This document shows, one piece after another, positions 1-13,699 of a stretch of DNA of 63,708 bases. The stretch spans positions 71,441,834 through 71,505,541 of the forward strand of contig NC_068989.1 of NCBI RefSeq assembly GCF_001194135.2. The letters run 5' to 3'. Position 1 is the stretch's first letter. Each line of letters begins with the position of its first letter. The translations under genes and the position numbers were made by a program. Below the pieces are notes generated by a model. The model searched no databases. It had not been told where the DNA came from and was given only the letters and a program-made list of their open reading frames with translations. Source of the stretch: Octopus bimaculoides (lineage: Eukaryota).

Positions 1-91
1 TAGTAGTGGTAGTGGTAACTGTGACAGTGGTGGCAAAGATAGTGCAGGTATATTAAATGAACTGTTGGTGGGCGACCAAGGCGTGGCTGGA

Positions 92-133
<42 letters not shown>

Positions 134-611
134 ATAACAAATGCTGCAAATGAAGGAACACACATACAGACAGACATCTTCTTTTCCACTTCACATCATT
201 ATTTGGATCTCAAAGAAAAATAAACAAAACAAAACAAATAAAAAAAAAAAGAGAGAGAGAAGCCATTTCTAAACTTAGCTAAGAACCATCTCACATTTCA
301 GGGCAATAAATGCATAATTCTTTCATCAAATGAGCATTTATATTTAGAGCGATGTTGAAAATTTAGACAATTATTCATGTAGATAGCTGTGAAGCAGAAA
401 TGTGAGGAGAACGTGAAAGTATTTAAGAATTCCATATAGTTGGTTCCTTAAACATAAATAGAGCTAGAGGTTGCATTATGAAGTGTTTTTTGTGTAGTAG
501 TTTGGGGGGGTTTTTGTGTTGTTTTTGTTTTTAATTTTTTTATTATGATGCGCAAAGACAGTGGTGCATTGGAATAGCAATCAAAATGTAATGTGCCTCA
601 TGGGTTTCAAG

Positions 612-870
612 CAGTGGTTCCTGAACTTTTCTGGGCTGCTACTCCTTTGGCACAAAGCCACGTTTTTAGCACCCCTACAAACACTCACCACCACAAATGT
701 AGACCACTTTCTGCAGCAAATTTCTAAACAACTTTGTTTCACAAATAAAACTTAACCAAATTAACCCATTATTTGGGGTGGTTTTTTACATCCATTAGCC
801 ACCCCATTATTGCCCCACTTTTTTTTCAATTCCCCCACGGGAGCAATACTACCCACTTTGGAACCCAATG
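612..870. mobile_element. hAT/Charlie-type MITE, degenerate
   Basis: Ends CAGTGGTTCCTGAAC and CTTTGGAACCCAATG are imperfect TIRs of the CAGTGGTTC type. Flanks gtttcaag / attttaag form a 6/8 match consistent with an old 8-bp TSD. Confidence 0.55.
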
Positions 871-1057
871 ATTTTAAGCTGTGGCTCCCATTCATTCGTT
901 TTGACTTTCTGACTTACAAAAGATGAAAGAATAATTTATTGATACACTTAGCAAGGAAGATTTAAAACAAAAATGCTATAATTTAAAAGTTAAAAATTTA
1001 GAAATACATATGCCATCACTGCCTTTTTTGTTTTATCGTCATTAATCATACATATAT

Positions 1058-1440
1058 CAGGCATGTCTTTGTGATAAGAATTTTGCTTCACAACCACATG
1101 GTTCTGGGTTCAGTCCCACTGCATGGCACCTTGGGTAAGTGTTTTCTATTATAGCCTCAGGCTGACCAAAGCCTTGTGAGTGGATCTGGTAAACAGAAAC
1201 TAAAAGATGCTTATTGCGTGTGTGTGTGTGTTTTTGTGTATGTGTTTGTCTCCCACCACTGCTTGACAACCAGTGTTGGTTTGTTTATATCCCTGTACCT
1301 TAGTGGTTCAACCAATAGAATGGGTACCAGGCTTTACAAAGAAATAAAAAGTACTGGGATTGATTCATTTGACTAAAATTCTTCAAGGCAGTGCTCCAGC
1401 ATGGTCACAGTCTAATGACTGAAACACGAAAAGAAAAGAA
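1058..1440 (+). mobile_element. SINE family A (tRNA head, CORE-like CCTTGGGCAAG motif, internal TG linker, AAAGA(G)T-type tail)
   Basis: Colinear with copies at 22765-23135 and 47250-47745 and with the minus-strand copy at 3867-4291. Confidence 0.8.
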
Positions 1441-1944
1441 AAAAGATATATGTATATATAACATAAATCCCCCACAAAGGCCAGTTCTTGATGCAATATG
1501 GTGGCTCATGTGTCTAAATGACCCTGGGAGCTATGCCACACTGACAGGTCAAAGAATAGAGGGCACACTTATATGGGCCACCTCTTCCCAGAGGTAAGCA
1601 TGCTTTTGTGGAGGGCCAACATTTCTACTGAGAAAAAAAGCATAGTTACAGAAGCACAAATGACAATTCAAAAACAGCAGAGCCTACAAGATCTTCTCAA
1701 AAAGACAGCTCAAAGATGAGAACAGAGGGGGAAAGCCATCAACAACTATGCTCTGCAGAGAGTGAAGAGCTTAGCTAAGTAATATAACATGATTACAAAC
1801 AAGACATTTTTTTCAAGATGCTCTAGCTAATTTAGTCTGGATTTTTTAAATCCTGGAATTATATATTTGAAAACTCACTGTACAGCAAGAGATCTCTTGT
1901 AGCACATTCTTGGAGATGAGAACAGAGGAGGAAAATCATCAATT

Positions 1945-2125
1945 TTAGGGAGGGGCCAGTCAATTAGATTGACCCCAGTATGCAGCTGGTACTTAATTTA
2001 TCGACCCCGAAAGGATGAAAGGCAAAGTCCGCCTCAGCGGAATTTGAACTCAGAATGTAAAGACGGACAAAATACTGCTAAGCATTTCGCCTGATGTGCT
2101 AACATTTCTGCCAGGTTGCTACCTT
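1945..2125 (-). mobile_element. SINE family B (GGCGAGCTGGCAGAA...GAGTTCAAATTCC...GACTTTGCCTTTCATCC)
   Basis: Shares about 180 bp with copies at 28730, 39830, 41362, 45060, 48030 and 53985; B box GAGTTCAAATTCC. Confidence 0.8.
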
Positions 2126-2657
2126 TCTGGAATTATATATTTGAAAGATCGCTGTACACCTACAGATCTCTTGCAGCACATTCTTGGAGGACTTCTGCTT
2201 TAGAGAATCAATTTTAAATTTAGTAACAGTTATTGCATTTTACAATAGGGTCTTTTTTTTTTTGTTGCATCTCAAACTTTGCCAATCCATGCTTTGAAGA
2301 TAAACCTCTGTTAGCACAGCAGGTTCAGTATTCTTTGAAAGACTAAAAAAAATCTCTCAGCCAAGAAAAACAAAATATTCCCCAAGGGGTAGGGTGGGTG
2401 AATTGTTGGGGAATGTGCACTTAGTTAAAGAGGTTTTGCAAAAAAAAAAAAGATTATATATTCATTCCAATTGAAAACATGACTAAGATCAAAAAAACAA
2501 AACATTTCTTCAAGAGACAAAAACCTTGTGGAAACAATTTGAAATATTAGGAATCTATCTAATAGAAAGACAGGAAAAAACAAAATAATAAAAAGCTGGC
2601 TTAAAGACAAAAGCAACAAACTTAGAGACTTAAACATACACACACACATGTACATAT

Positions 2658-2697
<40 letters not shown>

Positions 2698-2989
2698 TTA
2701 CACACATACACACATTCAAACACACATATACACATGCATGCACACACACACATTCACATCACTCGTTCAATATTATAAAATGTTTCCCTTTCCTTTACAT
2801 TCATCATTTCAATCTGTTGCAGCCATCATCCACCATCACCATGTCAGATGTTAACACACATCAAGTGTAACCCTGGATTAGAAGAGTCAAAAGGTTTTTT
2901 AACATTTATCCAAGGGGCCACATAGAGTCTCCAGAGAGAAAGGATAGCTTAACATTCCTTCTCTAGAGTGACTGTAAAGTAAAAATACA

Positions 2990-3345
2990 GTCCTGGCTCT
3001 GTGGGTAAAAAGTTTGCTTCCCAACCACATGGTTTCAAGTTCAGTCCTACTATGAGGCACCTTGAGAAAATGTCTTCTACTAAAACCTCAAGCAGACCAA
3101 AGCCTTGTGAGTGAATTTGGTACAGAGAAACTGAGGGAAGCTTGTCATACATATATGATTATCATCATTTAACATCCATGCTCCATGCTGGCATGGGCTG
3201 GATTTTTTGACAGGACCTAATAAGAACAGGGACTGCTCCTGTGTCAGCTTTGGTATGGTTTCTACAGTAGGATGCCCTTCCTAATGCCAACCCCCTTTCC
3301 ACAGCAAACTGGGTGTATTTTCATTTCACCAGCACTACTGAGGTT
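2990..3345. mobile_element. Family A SINE head (+, 2990-3152) abutting an RTE 3' tail (-, 3158-3345)
   Basis: Matches other in-window copies of each repeat. Confidence 0.7.
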
Positions 3346-3866
3346 ACCATGCAGCTTACAAGGCTTCAAACCTCAAGAGGGCAGCTTTATACTGGAAACT
3401 GGGAGAATGGAAAAAAGTAAGAAAGAAGGGACCAGAGCAGAACAGGTTCCTTGTTGTAGAGGAGATCCATGACTACTCACATTTNNNNNNNNNNNNNNNN
3501 NNNNNNNNNNNNNNNNNNNNNNNNNNNNNNNNNNNNNNNNNNNNNNNNNNNNNNNNNNNNNNNNNNNNNNNNNNNNNNNNNNNNNNNNNNNNNNNNNNNN
3601 NNNNNNNNNNNNNNNNNNNNNNNNNGGGGGGGGGCCTGGAAAGAAATAGAAATAAGGTGAGTAGAAGTGAGTGGGGACAGATGGAGAAGTGTGGGTTAGT
3701 GAATGTTGCAAGAGATATGGGGACAGTGAGAGAAAAGGAATAGGTGAGGAGAGAGAAGATAGGTAAAGGACTGTACATTTGCCCTTCAACCCTACCCAGT
3801 CTTTAAAGGACTGTGGCCATGCTGGGGCACCTGTCTTGAAGGGTTTTAGTGAAACTGATTGACGCT

Positions 3867-4495
3867 ATTCTTTTACTCTTTTACTTGTTTCAGTCATCTG
3901 ACTGCAGCCATGCTGGAGCACCATGTTAAAGGGTTTTTTAGACAAAGAAATTGCCCCCAAGATTTATTCTTTGTAAGCCTAGTACTTATTCTATCAGTCT
4001 CTTTTGCCAAACCACTAAGTTACAAGACATAATCACACCAACACTGGTTTTCAAGCAGTGATCGGGGTGGGGTGGGGGAACAAACACACACACACACTCA
4101 CACACATATAAATACACATACACACACACACACATATATGATGGGCATCTTTCAGTTTCTGTTTACCAAATCCACTTACAAGACTTTGGTTGTGCCGAGG
4201 TTATAGTTGAAGATGCCGAAGGAACCACGCAGTGGGACTGAACCTGGAACCACATGGTTGGGAAACAACCTTCTAGCCACAAAGCCATGCCTAAGTCTGG
4301 TATTTGTTCTATCAGTCTCTTTTGCTGAACTGCTAAGTTATGTGAATGAAAACAAACCAAAACCAATTATCAAGCGTTGGGTGGGGGGACAAACACACAC
4401 ATATATGACAAGCTTCCACACAGTTTCTATCTACCAAATTCACTTACAAAGCATCCGTGACCTAAGGCCATAGTAGAAGACACTTGCCTAAGGTG
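3867..4495 (-). mobile_element. Family A SINE, full copy (3867-4291) plus partial second copy (4296-4495)
   Basis: Reverse complement of the family A consensus, including the tail ttttactcttttacttgtttcagtc. Confidence 0.8.
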
Positions 4496-4742
4496 TAAAG
4501 ATTGGGTAGAGTTGAAGGGCAGACGTAGTGGTGGTGGTGGTGGTGGTGGTGGTGGTGGTGTTGACGGCAATGGTGATGATGATGAAGAAGATGAAAATTT
4601 AACATGGACGATAAAATGGAACCAGGAAGAATACTATCAATTTCAAGATTACACCAAAATATATATCAAGATATAACCAAGATTAATTTCAGTTCAAACT
4701 CTGTTTATATTCTTTATTCATGAATCAGCATTAAAGTGTAGC

Positions 4743-4844
<102 letters not shown>

Positions 4845-5146
4845 CATGTGCACGTTTATGTGTGTAGGTGGAATCAGCTTTTAAGGGGGTATAGGAAGAA
4901 AGTGTTAGCAAAGATGTGTCAGGGTTCTAGAGCAGATGACGCTAGCTAGCAGTACCACTGTCAGTGGTAGTAAATAATAAAAATAAAAAAATGAGGGAAG
5001 GAATGGTTAGGGAAGCTATTGTCTGAGACAGGTGCTTCTGTAAAGAACCAAATTAAGCTGTGTAATGATTTTAATAACAGATGTTTGCTATGATGTAAGA
5101 AGTCTTTCCTTCCTCTATTTTCCTCTTTTTGTGAGTCATATTATTA

Positions 5147-5189
<43 letters not shown>

Positions 5190-5370
5190 TATTTTGCTTC
5201 TTGTTTTCCTTTAACGAGCAGCCAAATTATATTTTTAGAATATTCCAACAGACTTTGTTATTTTCAATTTTATTTAATTATTTATCTACATACCTGAATG
5301 TTTGCTTGTTTCTATGTCTGTCTGTCTGTCTCACTCTCTTTCTTTCTCTCTCACTCACTCACTCACTCAC

Positions 5371-5430
<60 letters not shown>

Positions 5431-5919
5431 GCACTCTGTCTAACTATACTTATTTAGCGACATATTTACATAGGTACTAACATACACACACACACACGTT
5501 ATGTACACACAGACACACTCAAACATACCATTAATATATCTTATCTGAAAATTAATATATTATTAAATGCTACCTTATGGAAGAGCTTCCATGCATATTT
5601 CTATGTACATGAATAAACCTATCCATCCGTATAACATCCATCCTCCCATCCAACCCTCCATCCACCCATACATGCATACATAATCCTGAGAAACATAAAA
5701 GAACTCAGGCACCAAAACCACTGAATATTAAAAACGTAGTGGCTGGGATGGTCTCCGTGAAAACTTTAATAAAATGCAAATATAACAGACCAGACATAGT
5801 TATTAGGGAGAGAAAAAAAAAAAAGAAACTATGAACAGCTGAGTAAGTTAGCTGCCCAGCATGTATCAAAATAAAGCTAAAGATAAGTGAAAAAATAAAA
5901 CACCCATGCTAAACTATTC

Positions 5920-5922
5920 ACA

Positions 5923-5999
<77 letters not shown>

Positions 6000-6057
6000 T
6001 AATTGTCCAACCTATGCTAGCATGGAAGGCAGACATTAAACGATGAATAATGATAAT

Positions 6058-6139
<82 letters not shown>

Positions 6140-6158
6140 GTAATCATAATAATAATAC
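5920..6158. repeat. (AAT)n microsatellite tracts interrupted by a short RTE 3' tail (about 6003-6050)
   Basis: Direct inspection; source of the poly-Ile ORFs. Confidence 0.9.
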
Positions 6159-6159
6159 A

Positions 6160-6625
6160 AATGGACAAGAAATTAAAAGATCTTATTCAAATGGACAAGA
6201 AGTTAGAAAGTATTAGACCTGACATAACGATTGTAGATAAGGAAAAGCAAAGCTGCTTACTTATCGACCCATCATGCTCGTTTGATTCCAGGATTGTGAA
6301 AAAAGAGGAAGAAAATTTTTAAAAAATACAATTCCTTAAAATTTGAAATAGGAAGAATTTGGAGCATGCAAACAGTAAAGGTTGTGCCTATAATAATTGG
6401 TGTATTGGGAACAATAAGCTAAGATATAGACAAATGGCTAAAGGAGATTGGAATTGAATGTCTGGTAGAGCTCCTACAGAAAGTGTGTCTCTTAGGGACA
6501 ACAAGGATTATCAGGAGGGTTCTAAGCACTTGTGGTGAAAACTTGTGGAAACCTAAGGTTACAAAATACAAAGATCTGGAAATAGAGCTAACTTGAATGT
6601 GGAGTCTAGAAACAATTCCTATCAT
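6160..6625 (+). mobile_element. RLE-type non-LTR retrotransposon 3' fragments (R4/Dong-like), decayed
   Basis: Translates to RPDITIVDKEKQSCLLIDPSC...KYNSLKFEIGRIWSMQTVKVVPIIIGVLG...LQKVCLLGTTRIIRRVL, a PD-(D/E)xK restriction-like endonuclease. A second piece, KYKDLEIELT.MWSLETIPIIVGA, follows. Contains stops and frameshifts. Confidence 0.8.
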
Positions 6626-7416
6626 AGTAGGCGCATGGAACCATGTGGTTGGGAAGCATGTTTCTTACCACACAGCCACGCCTATGCTCCTTTGTTTACA
6701 TCGACATAACTTAGCAGTTCAGCCAAAGAGACTAATAGAATAAGAACGAAACTTACAGAAATAAGCACTAACATCAATCTGTTTCTAAAACCTTGCAAGG
6801 CAGATGCCCTAGCATGGTTACAGTCCAATGATTAAAACAAATAAAAGAAAAAAAATATACACCATTGGGGATTTTTTTTTTTTCTGTAATAACAGATTGG
6901 AAATATTGACAGAAAAAGAAAGAAGGAAAAATAGGAATTTTTCGTTTGAGGAAACGAAGAACTGGAAAGCTCTTTTCTCTAACCAATAGAACTATGCGAA
7001 AATATTTGTCCAAATAAAGATATAAACAAACAAATAGATATATAACAATAAATAAGTAAAAAAATAAATAACTACAAATGGAAATAAGAAAATAAAATGT
7101 GGTGCTTTTAGTCAAATGAATACCAATTAAAATGATTAAAATGATTAGTGAAAGTTAGTTGTTTCATGAGTGATAAGTAATATAACGATGTTTTTTGGTT
7201 TTTATGTATGAAAGGAAAATGCTACTTAATAAAAAGCCATTTGAGAAAATGACATGCTTAAGCCAGTTCTTTGCATTTTTTTGTTTTCAGACTTAAGAAC
7301 ATGCTTTGGCAAAAGTTTTATATATAAAAGTGTGTGTGTGTGTGTGTATGCACATTCATGTATGTATATATGCAATATATATATATATCATGTTTGTCTG
7401 TCTGTCTATCTATCTA

Positions 7417-7451
<35 letters not shown>

Positions 7452-8191
7452 NNNNNNNNNNNNNNNNNNNNNNNNNNNNNNNNNNNNNNNNNNNNNNNNN
7501 NNNNNNNNNNNNNNNNNNNNNNNNNNNNNNNNNNNNNNNNNNNNNNNNNNNNNNNNNNNNNNNNNNNNNNNNNNNNNNNNNNNNNNNNNNNNNNNNNNNN
7601 NNNNNNNNNNNNNNNNNNNNNNNNNNNNNNNNNNNNNNNNNNNNNNNNNNNNNNNNNNNNNNNNNNNNNNNNNNNNNNNNNNNNNNNNNNNNNNNNNNNN
7701 NNNNNNNNNNNNNNNNNNNNNNNNNNNNNNNNNNNNNNNNNNNNNNNNNNNNNNNNNNNNNNNNNNNNNNNNNNNNNNNNNNNNNNNNNNNNNNNNNNNN
7801 NNNNNNNNNNNNNNNNNNNNNNNNNNNNNNNNNNNNNNNNNNNNNNNNNNNNNNNNNNNNNNNNNNNNNNNNNNNNNNNNNNNNNNNNNNNNNNNNNNNN
7901 NNNNNNNNNNNNNNNNNNNNNNNNNNNNNNNNNNNNNNNNNNNNNNNNNNNNNNNNNNNNNNNNNNNNNNNNNNNNNNNNNNNNNNNNNNNNNNNNNNNN
8001 NNNNNNNNNNNNNNNNNNNNNNNNNNNNNNNNNNNNNNNNNNNNNNNNNNNNNNNNNNNNNNNNNNNNNNNNNNNNNNNNNNNNNNNNNNNNNNNNNNNN
8101 NNNNNNNNNNNNNNNNNNNNNNNNNNNNNNNNNNNNNNNNNNNNNNNNNNNNNNNNNNNNNNNNNNNNNNNNNNNNNNNNNNNNNNNNNNN

Positions 8192-8251
<60 letters not shown>

Positions 8252-9106
8252 GTGTATGCGTGTATTCACGCATGTGTGTATGTGTAAATTTAAACACATG
8301 TGACTGTTCTTCCACGCACAGATATATAGGCATGCATATAATATACAGACACTTGTATAAACACAGATTTACTCATACATAGTTGCTCATATATGTTGTC
8401 TCACACATGCACACAATCACAAACGTCTCCAGGCATACACACAAACACACTCATATATATTTGTTTGCATAACTATTTAGACAGTTGCTAACAACAACCT
8501 CCTCGAATGCATTAGACCTGTTTCTCTCTACACCTTTCTCTCTTTCTCTTTAATAATAATCAAAATGCCTCTTATAAAACTAGGTCCTTCAGCCCTATGA
8601 GACCCCTTTTGTCCTGTCTCGTAAAGGACACTTCAACCCTTCTAGTGCTGGTGCCATGAGAAAATTCATCTAGTACAGTCTGTAAAACCGGTTGGTGAGA
8701 GGAAAGGCATCCACCTGACTAAAATGACGTGTATGAGCACCTGTCAATGAGAGCAGTGGCATCTAACATAAAGTCAATCATACAGTAATGACACATACAA
8801 CCCATGCTAGCAAGGGAAGTGGATGTAAAATGATGACAATAATGATGATATATGTGTGTGTGTGCACATATGCATGTATATATATATAGGTATATATCAA
8901 TACAATCTATAAGTGTGTGTGTATGTGTACTTGTATGTGTGTATATATATACTGTATATTTATATATCTATGTATATATCTTATGACAGACCAGCGTCCC
9001 ATCCAGGTGGGGAACCTATACACCAATGAAATCAAGAAACTGGCCCTTATGAGCCAGACATGGCTCGAGAAGGAACAAACAACAACAACATGTATATATC
9101 TATATC

Positions 9107-9144
<38 letters not shown>

Positions 9145-9227
9145 TATATTCAAATGAATTTAGTACTTAAGTTGAGGCACCAGAATTTAGTACGGTATTA
9201 TCCATACAATTTCAAAATAAGGTGATT

Positions 9228-9629
9228 AAAATCAAAATAAGCAACAAGGATATCCAGAGGTAATGCAGTACATTCATTTCAAGCAACTCTACTTAATTGA
9301 ACAATGCAATCATTACATCAATTTAAATGCAGAGCAATCCTCAGCTGCATAAAGACATAGAATTTAATTAAATTAAAACAGATGGACACATTTGTATAAT
9401 TTTACCTAAAGCTTATAAGCTGAAGTGAAGTCTATCTACTTACCTTCTTGGAGGTTTTAGGTAAATGTCTACTAATGTGTCCATCTGTTTTAATTTAATT
9501 AAACTTTATACAGCTGAGGATTGCTCTGCATTTAAATTGATGTAATGATTGCATTGTTCAATTAAATGGAGTTGCTTGAAACGATCATACTGCATTACCT
9601 CTGGATACCCTTGTTGCTTATTTTGATTT
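9228..9629. mobile_element. Fold-back (long inverted repeat) element
   Basis: Arms 9228-9410 and 9456-9629 are near-perfect reverse complements (e.g. aaatcaaaataagcaacaagg / ccttgttgcttattttgattt); 45-bp spacer; right end runs into (TA)n. Confidence 0.8.
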
Positions 9630-9644
9630 ATATATATATATATA

Positions 9645-9955
9645 TCAATAGGACCTCCTTCAGTCATGAATGACCATGGGGTTGCACCTACAAAGTTCCT
9701 CTTCGAGGCACAAGTCCGGGCAAGGTTGTTTATGGAAGACTAGCAGTCACCCATACATACCAGCCTCCCCTCTCCATACTGTCAAAGTTATCTGATGGAA
9801 AGGCAAAGGCCGGTACAAATTAGGCACCAGTGATGTCACAACTGATTTCTACAGCAGAGTGAACCGGAGCAGCATGAAATAAAGTATCTTGCTCATGAAC
9901 ACAACACACAGCCTGATTCAGGAATTGAACTAACCATTGAGCCATGTGCCTTCAT
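9645..9955 (-). mobile_element. SINE family D head with tail type iii
   Basis: Minus-strand head tgaaggcacatggctcaatggttag...ttcaattcc...ttgtgttcatgagcaagatactt; the tail matches 63380-63590 (+). Confidence 0.7.
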
Positions 9956-9967
9956 AAAAGTGTGAGA

Positions 9968-10085
9968 TGCTTACAACACCTAGGTTTCCCAAGCGGTCAC
10001 CCATTTAAGTACTAACTAGGCTTGACGTTGCTTAACTTCAATGATCAGACAAGAACTGGTGCATTCAACATGATATGACCGTAAC
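9968..10085 (-). pseudogene. 5S rRNA pseudogene (near full length)
   Basis: The reverse complement gttacggtcatatcatgttgaatgcaccagttcttgtctgatcattgaagttaagcaacgtcaagcctagttagtacttaaatgggtgaccgcttgggaaacctaggtgttgtaagc is colinear with metazoan 5S rRNA, including box A (AAGTTAAGC) and box C (GGGTGACCGC.TGGGAA). Many CpG-type substitutions; single copy, not in an array. Confidence 0.85.
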
Positions 10086-11553
10086 ACAAGAAACACACTT
10101 GTTTATATATAGTGCATAGAATGTGTAAGATGATTGGTAAAAAATATCTCATCTGGAATAACAACCAGCCATAGGATACCCTTCATACTAAATGTAAAAA
10201 GCACTGTCAGATAAAAATTGAGATGAAGTACTAAGTACCTTCAAGTAACACTCCCTAGAAGGACCACATGCTGCTCTCTAATCACTGAACTTCCTGTTGA
10301 GTGCATCAAGCAGAACATCATTTTGTTCCTTATGCAATATAGCCTGAAATGAACAGTTACCATTGGACAAAACTATTATTGTTATATTATTATTATATAT
10401 ATATATTATTGTTGTTGTTGTTGTTGTTGTTATTATTATTATTATTATTAAGGCGGCCAGCTGGAAGAGTTGTTACCACATTGGGCGAATTGCTTAGCGG
10501 TATTTTGTCTGCTGCTACATTCTGAGCTCAAAGGAGGAGGGAACATGCTGATACCTTTGTCCTGCAGTGGACTGAACATGGGCAATCAAATCCAATCCAG
10601 TCTAGGTGACAGGTAGGGCATCTGTCTGTAGAAAAACTCTACCCAGTGTATTATTGCCTGGCCCATGCAGGCACAGAAAAGTGATGATGATGATGATGAT
10701 GATGATGAAAAGAAGAAGGTTTAAACTATTTATCAGTTAGCTGTAGTTTATTTTCAACTCCACAAGACACTGAGACAGGGCTCCATGTGGTCAATCAACG
10801 TGATAGAAATAGCTGAAAATTTTCCCTCAGATTACAACATTCTGTCTTAAAAAGTCAAATAACAGAAAGGGCACATTAAATAACATAGTCTTAGATAGAC
10901 TATGCCTCTCAAATATAAACCACACATGATTGCAGCTGGAATATCCTTGATCATACATCTTCGTGGTCAGAGCTGACCTGGAGAATAATATATTATTGGT
11001 ATTTACTCTCTTGGCCCTCTACGTAATGAAATCTCAATAGATGTACTAAAACTACTGTCTATTGCAACCAAATATATTCTGTTCTGTTTTACATCTTCTA
11101 TCCATCAACTACCGCTGTTGTTGTGAGCCAACAATGTTTTGTACCTACTCAGGTTTCAATTTTACAGTCAACATTATCATGTTTCAGATAAGCACATGTA
11201 TAGTTTTATACATATAGATGATGATGATGATGATAATGGTGATGATATCATCATCATTTAACATCCGTTTTCCATGCTGTATAATTTTATGTATATGTAT
11301 ATAGAGTTTACTGCTTCATCTGTGAGCGAAAAATATCGTTCAATATACATGGTATTTAAATATCAGCTACTAGTAGTTCCATGCCATGGAAACACAATAA
11401 TTCAGTAGATTTACATAACGTGCCTTGTGTCTCCAAATAATCTTTCAGGCTGAATATACATATGGGTGGTTCATTTGAAAAACAGGACACTGGTCTATGA
11501 GAAAACATGACAAGGAACAACATACATATATATATATATATATATAACTATAT

Positions 11554-11586
<33 letters not shown>

Positions 11587-12949
11587 AATATATATATNNN
11601 NNNNNNNNNNNNNNNNNNNNNNNNNNNNNNNNNNNNNNNNNNNNNNNNNNNNNNNNNNNNNNNNNNNNNNTATATATATATATATAAGGCAATTAAGAAA
11701 ATGGAGAGGATAATCAATTGACAAACATCAGCCTGCAGACATTCATTTATATCTATTTATTAATTGATTACAATTATACGTATAAGTAATCAAAATACAC
11801 CCAAAAAATAAGCAAATAAGCTGGATGCCTTTCCTAAAGCCGACCACCTTACAAAGTGGACTGAGTGTTTTTTTAGGTAGGAGGACTCAAAAGGGGTCTC
11901 AGGGAGTAGTGTCCCTGCCTTCCTGAGCTAGTTTACAACCACATTTCTTAAACATTGTGGTAGAGGCCTTAGTCTTGGGACCACTCATGTCTAGAAATCG
12001 AGGTTGAGAGTAAGCAAGAGCATGCTCCTCATAGAAAATCCAGCTCCCAAAAAGCCTCATGATAGCAAGGTAGAACAGGCACCAGCCAGGCCAAAGGTTG
12101 AGGTGGGTTGCAGCTGCCTACCTCGGTTGCTATGGCATTGAGGTAGATCCAGCCACTCGTTAACGGGGACAGAACCTGGACTTAAAACACTGGATGATGA
12201 TGACGATGAACAGGTTTTCTTTGGTTTTCATGTAACAAGTTCACTCACAAGGTTTTAGTCAACCTAAGCCTATAGTAGATGATACTTGTGCAAGGGATCA
12301 TGCATTGGGAGTGACAGCAGAACCATGTGAATTGGAAGCAATTTCTTACTTCACAGCCACAACTGTACCTACATATATGCATATATGTGTATGTATGTAT
12401 GTATATATATATATATATGTATATATATAGTATAAGAGCAAATGTGTTGAGAGAAATTTGGGCATAAGAGGATTCAAATGCAGTATGCAAGAGAGAAGAC
12501 TATGTCGGTTTGGACACATGATGCCTATTTAGGAAGACAACCCTACTCTCTACTCATGCTTTTGGCAATGCCTTTCCACTTGCATTATGACCTGCATACC
12601 TTGAGGGAATGTCCTGGCATGTGTCACCATCTATCTCTCTTCATTTACTCTACTATTCCATTTATATTCTGATCCCCGTCCCTTGTGAATATATTCGATA
12701 CTTTACAACCATCTCTCTCCTGCTCTCACTCTCTTGCACTCTTGCTGTCTCCCATTCTGTCTCTCTCTCTTTCCCTCTCCCTTTCCCTCTTCCCCTCTCT
12801 CTCTCTCTCTCTCTGACCAGGTAACTATGTACCTCTCCTACAGCAAGACACCTGTTTCTGTCTCTCTCTGTCACACTCTAATCTTTCATCATCTGACACA
12901 AGATCACATCCTCCAATGACCCTCCCCTCTCAAAGGATGTTTGTCTTGT

Positions 12950-13262
12950 TACTTACTTGATGACCCTGCCAGTGCTGGTGCCATGTAAAAAGCATCCAGT
13001 CCATACTGTGAAGTACTTGGCATTTGGAAGGGCATCCAGTTGTAAAAACCATGCTAAAACTGACCTCGCTTGTGCTCATGCCATGTAAAAAGCACTCAGC
13101 CCACTCTACAGGATGGTTGGTGTTAGGAAGAGCATCCAGCCATAAAAACTGCAAAACAGACATGCAAGCCTGGTGCAGTCTTCTGCCTGGCCAAGCTCAT
13201 GTCAAACCATCCAGCCCATGCAAGTATAGAAGGCGGACATTAAGCGTTGATGATGATGATCA
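12950..13262 (+). mobile_element. RTE LINE 3' end with internal duplication, ending in (GAT)n
   Basis: gtgctggtgccatgtaaaaagca...ggaagggcatccag occurs twice, then caacccatgc...gttgatgatgatgat. Confidence 0.75.
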
Positions 13263-13668
13263 TCATGATATATAATCTATATGTTTTCTTTGGATGTGCA
13301 TCAATGTTTCTAGTAAAAATATGTACATGTATTATACAAACATACAATGCCATCATCAGCAGGCATAGAAAGGGTACTAGAGAAAGGTTACTGGCTTGAT
13401 ACATGCACACAATACATCAGGAATGTGTGATTATGAAGTTCATTTGCAATGATAGTTTTGAGTTCAATCTCACCCTGCAGCATCTTGGGGAAAAAGTTTT
13501 CTATTATAACCTCAGGCTAACCCATACTTTGACAGTGCATGTGTGTGTGAGTTTGTGTATCTGTGTGTGTGTGTGTGTGTGTGTGTGCGTTTGTGCATGG
13601 ATGTGTGTTAGTGTGTATGTGTGTGCATGTTTCTATACATCTGTAGATACAAATGTACACATACATCT

Positions 13669-13699
<31 letters not shown>

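Noticed and set aside
7254-8382. Long ORFs spanning N gaps (also at 19.5k, 26.3-27.6k, 33.2k, 42.9k, 45.5k, 54.3k)
   Set aside because: The length comes from X residues and flanking dinucleotide repeats.
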